Source: Minisyncoccota bacterium (GTDB lineage Bacteria > Patescibacteriota > Minisyncoccia > Phycocordibacterales > Phycocordibacteraceae). Taken from it: DNA of 64,000 nt. The translations under genes were made by a program, and so were the position numbers. Below the pieces are notes generated by a model, which was not told where the DNA came from, ran no database searches, and worked only from the letters and a program-made list of their open reading frames with translations. Below, one piece after another: positions 62,376-64,000 of the stretch. Positions within the stretch are counted from its first letter, which is position 1; each line of letters begins with the position of its first letter. The stretch is from positions 305,851 through 369,850 of the forward strand of contig JBAZXD010000001.1 of NCBI GenBank assembly GCA_041660025.1. The letters run 5' to 3'.

Positions 62376-62418
62376 CGGCCGCACTTTCTCGCGAGAGAAA
62401 TGTGCGGCTATTTTTTTA
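62376..62418 (+). terminator. Rho-independent terminator
   Basis: ccgcactttctcgcgagagaaatgtgcgg hairpin followed by CTATTTTTTTATT. Confidence 0.45.
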
Positions 62419-62441
62419 TTATCTGGGAATGAGAATATCTC

Positions 62442-63482
62442 CTATTCTCTCGGCAGGTGCGGATAGATCGAGAGAAGCGCGAAGAGGAGGCTGGCGCAGA
62501 GCGGCCCGAGGAAGAGGCCTGCGGCGCCGAAGAACGCAAGACCGCCAAAGACGGAGAGGAGAACGATGAGCGGGTGGAGTTGGGTTCCCTTCCCCATCAG
62601 ACGTGGACCGAGGAAGTTGTCGATAAGCCCGACCGCGAGCACGCTCCAGATCAGGAGCCCCACCGCCGGCGTTATCGCGCCCATAAGGAACAGGTAAGCG
62701 ACGCCGGGGATGAGAACGAGCGAGGTGCCGATGCCGGGGATGAGCGCAGAGAGTGCGGCCACCACACCCCAGAGAACGCTGTTTGGCACGCCGAAGAATG
62801 TGAACCCAATCCCCGTCAGGATGCCCTGTATGACGGCGATGGTGAGGCTCCCTCGAATGACCGAATTTATGGCGCGCTCGAGGCGCGAGAACACGATGTC
62901 GTCGTCGGTGTCCCGCAGAGGGCTCACACTGATCACTTCCCGCTTCAGTCGTGCGCCGTCGCGGAGGAAATAATAGAGCGCGACGAGAAATATGAAGAAG
63001 TCGAGGAGTACCCGGGCGGTGCTCCCGAATGCGCCGCCCAAGTTCTGTATCAGCCAGGCGAGACCGTCTTTCATATGCTGGTCGATGGAGGCCGAGAGGT
63101 CCGCGCTCGAGAGCGCGAGGCTCGGCGCGTACTGCGCGGTGAGGTCGTTTGTATATCGGAACACGGTGCCGAGGTATGTCTCGCCGCCGCCGCTTGCGAG
63201 AGAGCCGTACAGACTCCGTGCCTCGCCGGCAATCTGCACGGTAACGAAGGTAAGCGGCACCACGATACAGACCACCGTAAGCGCCATCGTCGCGAACGCC
63301 GCGAGCCCCGGCGAGCCGCTCATACGGCTCAGTATCGCCCGATAGAGCGGCTGGAGCACCACCGCGAACACGACCGCGAGCACCACGGCGATAAGGAACG
63401 GACGGAAAATGAAGAAGGCAAGGACTGAGGAAACAGCGACGAGCGCGATGAGGAAATAGTGTTGCGGTGTCTTCGTATTCAT
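62442..63482 (-). CDS. AI-2E family transporter (PerM/UPF0118)
   Basis: 8-TM topology with the family's conserved central loop (RLKREVISVSPLRDTDDDIVFSRLERAINSVIRG). Confidence 0.85.
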   Translation of the reverse strand: MNTKTPQHYFLIALVAVSSVLAFFIFRPFLIAVVLAVVFAVVLQPLYRAILSRMSGSPGLAAFATMALTVVCIVVPLTFVTVQIAGEARSLYGSLASGGGETYLGTVFRYTNDLTAQYAPSLALSSADLSASIDQHMKDGLAWLIQNLGGAFGSTARVLLDFFIFLVALYYFLRDGARLKREVISVSPLRDTDDDIVFSRLERAINSVIRGSLTIAVIQGILTGIGFTFFGVPNSVLWGVVAALSALIPGIGTSLVLIPGVAYLFLMGAITPAVGLLIWSVLAVGLIDNFLGPRLMGKGTQLHPLIVLLSVFGGLAFFGAAGLFLGPLCASLLFALLSIYPHLPRE

Positions 63483-63657
63483 ATCGGATAGTATATACAG
63501 TTTGCTCCTCGTTGGATACTCGCGAACGCAACCCTTTGTCGATTCGAGGAGTTATAGGAGATGGAAGCACCTTGTCAGGATGAGGATAGCCGAGGAGATG
63601 CACCCTGTGTCTCGCTGCTTCGATATTCGAAACGGCTTATCCATCATAAAAACTCCT

Positions 63658-63840
63658 ATGGGAATATTGCACGCCCTAGGGTTCGGCCTCTTCCTCATCA
63701 TCCTTCTATTCCTCTTGCCCGATGTCTTCTCCGAACTCGCGAAAACAATCATTGTGTTCCTGCAGAGTTCTCAAGAAGCGTTTGCGGCCGCCGGAATACT
63801 CGCCTCGTACGCCGGACATATTCCGCCCGTCGTACCCTAA
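63658..63840 (+). CDS. Hypothetical small membrane protein
   Basis: 60 aa from an internal Met of ORF 63502; hydrophobic; terminator follows. Confidence 0.35.
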   Translation: MGILHALGFGLFLIILLFLLPDVFSELAKTIIVFLQSSQEAFAAAGILASYAGHIPPVVP

Positions 63841-63845
63841 CAGCG

Positions 63846-63885
63846 AAAAACCATCCTTCTCCTCCGAGGATGGTTTTTTATTTCT
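63846..63885 (+). terminator. Rho-independent terminator
   Basis: aaaaccatcc-ttctcctccga-ggatggttttttatttc. Confidence 0.55.
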
Positions 63886-64000
63886 CTGAATGAATTGTGG
63901 GAAACAAGGCAGCTACCGTTGGGTGCGGTAGCTGTGAGAGACGACGATTCATAGGATGACATAGCCCTGAACGATGAGTGGCAGGCAATATTCTCTGATT

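Noticed and set aside
62457-63428. 323-aa + strand ORF
   Set aside because: Antisense to the AI-2E transporter gene; highly charged, low-complexity.

Overview
This 64 kb window appears to come from a high-GC (roughly 60% by eye), gene-dense bacterial chromosome with the hallmarks of a small-genome CPR/Patescibacteria-like organism. It is mostly housekeeping, with one giant surface protein as the main novelty.

Housekeeping content:
- Seven aminoacyl-tRNA synthetases: tyrS, trpS, aspS-like, gltX, cysS, a class-I lysS and a short proS.
- Three tRNAs: tRNA-Tyr(GTA), tRNA-Glu(CTC) and tRNA-Asn(GTT).
- Ribosomal proteins L27, L9 and L21, plus frr, hpf, greA, dnaB, recR, scpA/scpB and rmuC.
- A split division/cell-wall (dcw) cluster: mraZ-rsmH-ftsL-ftsI-murF on the minus strand at 38.8-43.5 kb, and mraY-ftsW-murG on the plus strand at 10.1-13.6 kb. 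There is also murA, a DD-carboxypeptidase and an M23 peptidase.
- A cell-shape cluster mreB-mreC-mreD-PBP2, plus a second mreB paralog.

The dominant non-housekeeping feature is a 2663-aa minus-strand gene at 26146..34137. Its predicted product has a cytoplasmic excisionase/MerR-like HTH, one TM helix and a very long region of phage-tail-fibre-like repeats. That region includes four DNA-identical 46-aa cassettes. It is followed by two tandem S74-type intramolecular-chaperone/autoprotease-like modules, a coiled coil and a Thr-rich tail. No other phage genes are nearby, so this looks like a domesticated tail-fibre adhesin.

Other items worth a second look:
- An apparently genuine def-fmt gene fusion.
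- A CsgG-family protein fused to an SH3b domain.
- Two copies of a conserved 35-nt core enclosed by covarying 19-bp stems, at 12.3 kb and 58.5 kb.
- A duplicated tRNA-Tyr 3' end next to a low-GC islet.
- Tandem tail-anchored micro-peptides that the ORF track misses.
- A CorA-like protein without the GMN motif.

No rRNA, CRISPR array, transposase or integrase was seen. Coordinates of features located by reading the printed sequence may be off by 1-2 nt.
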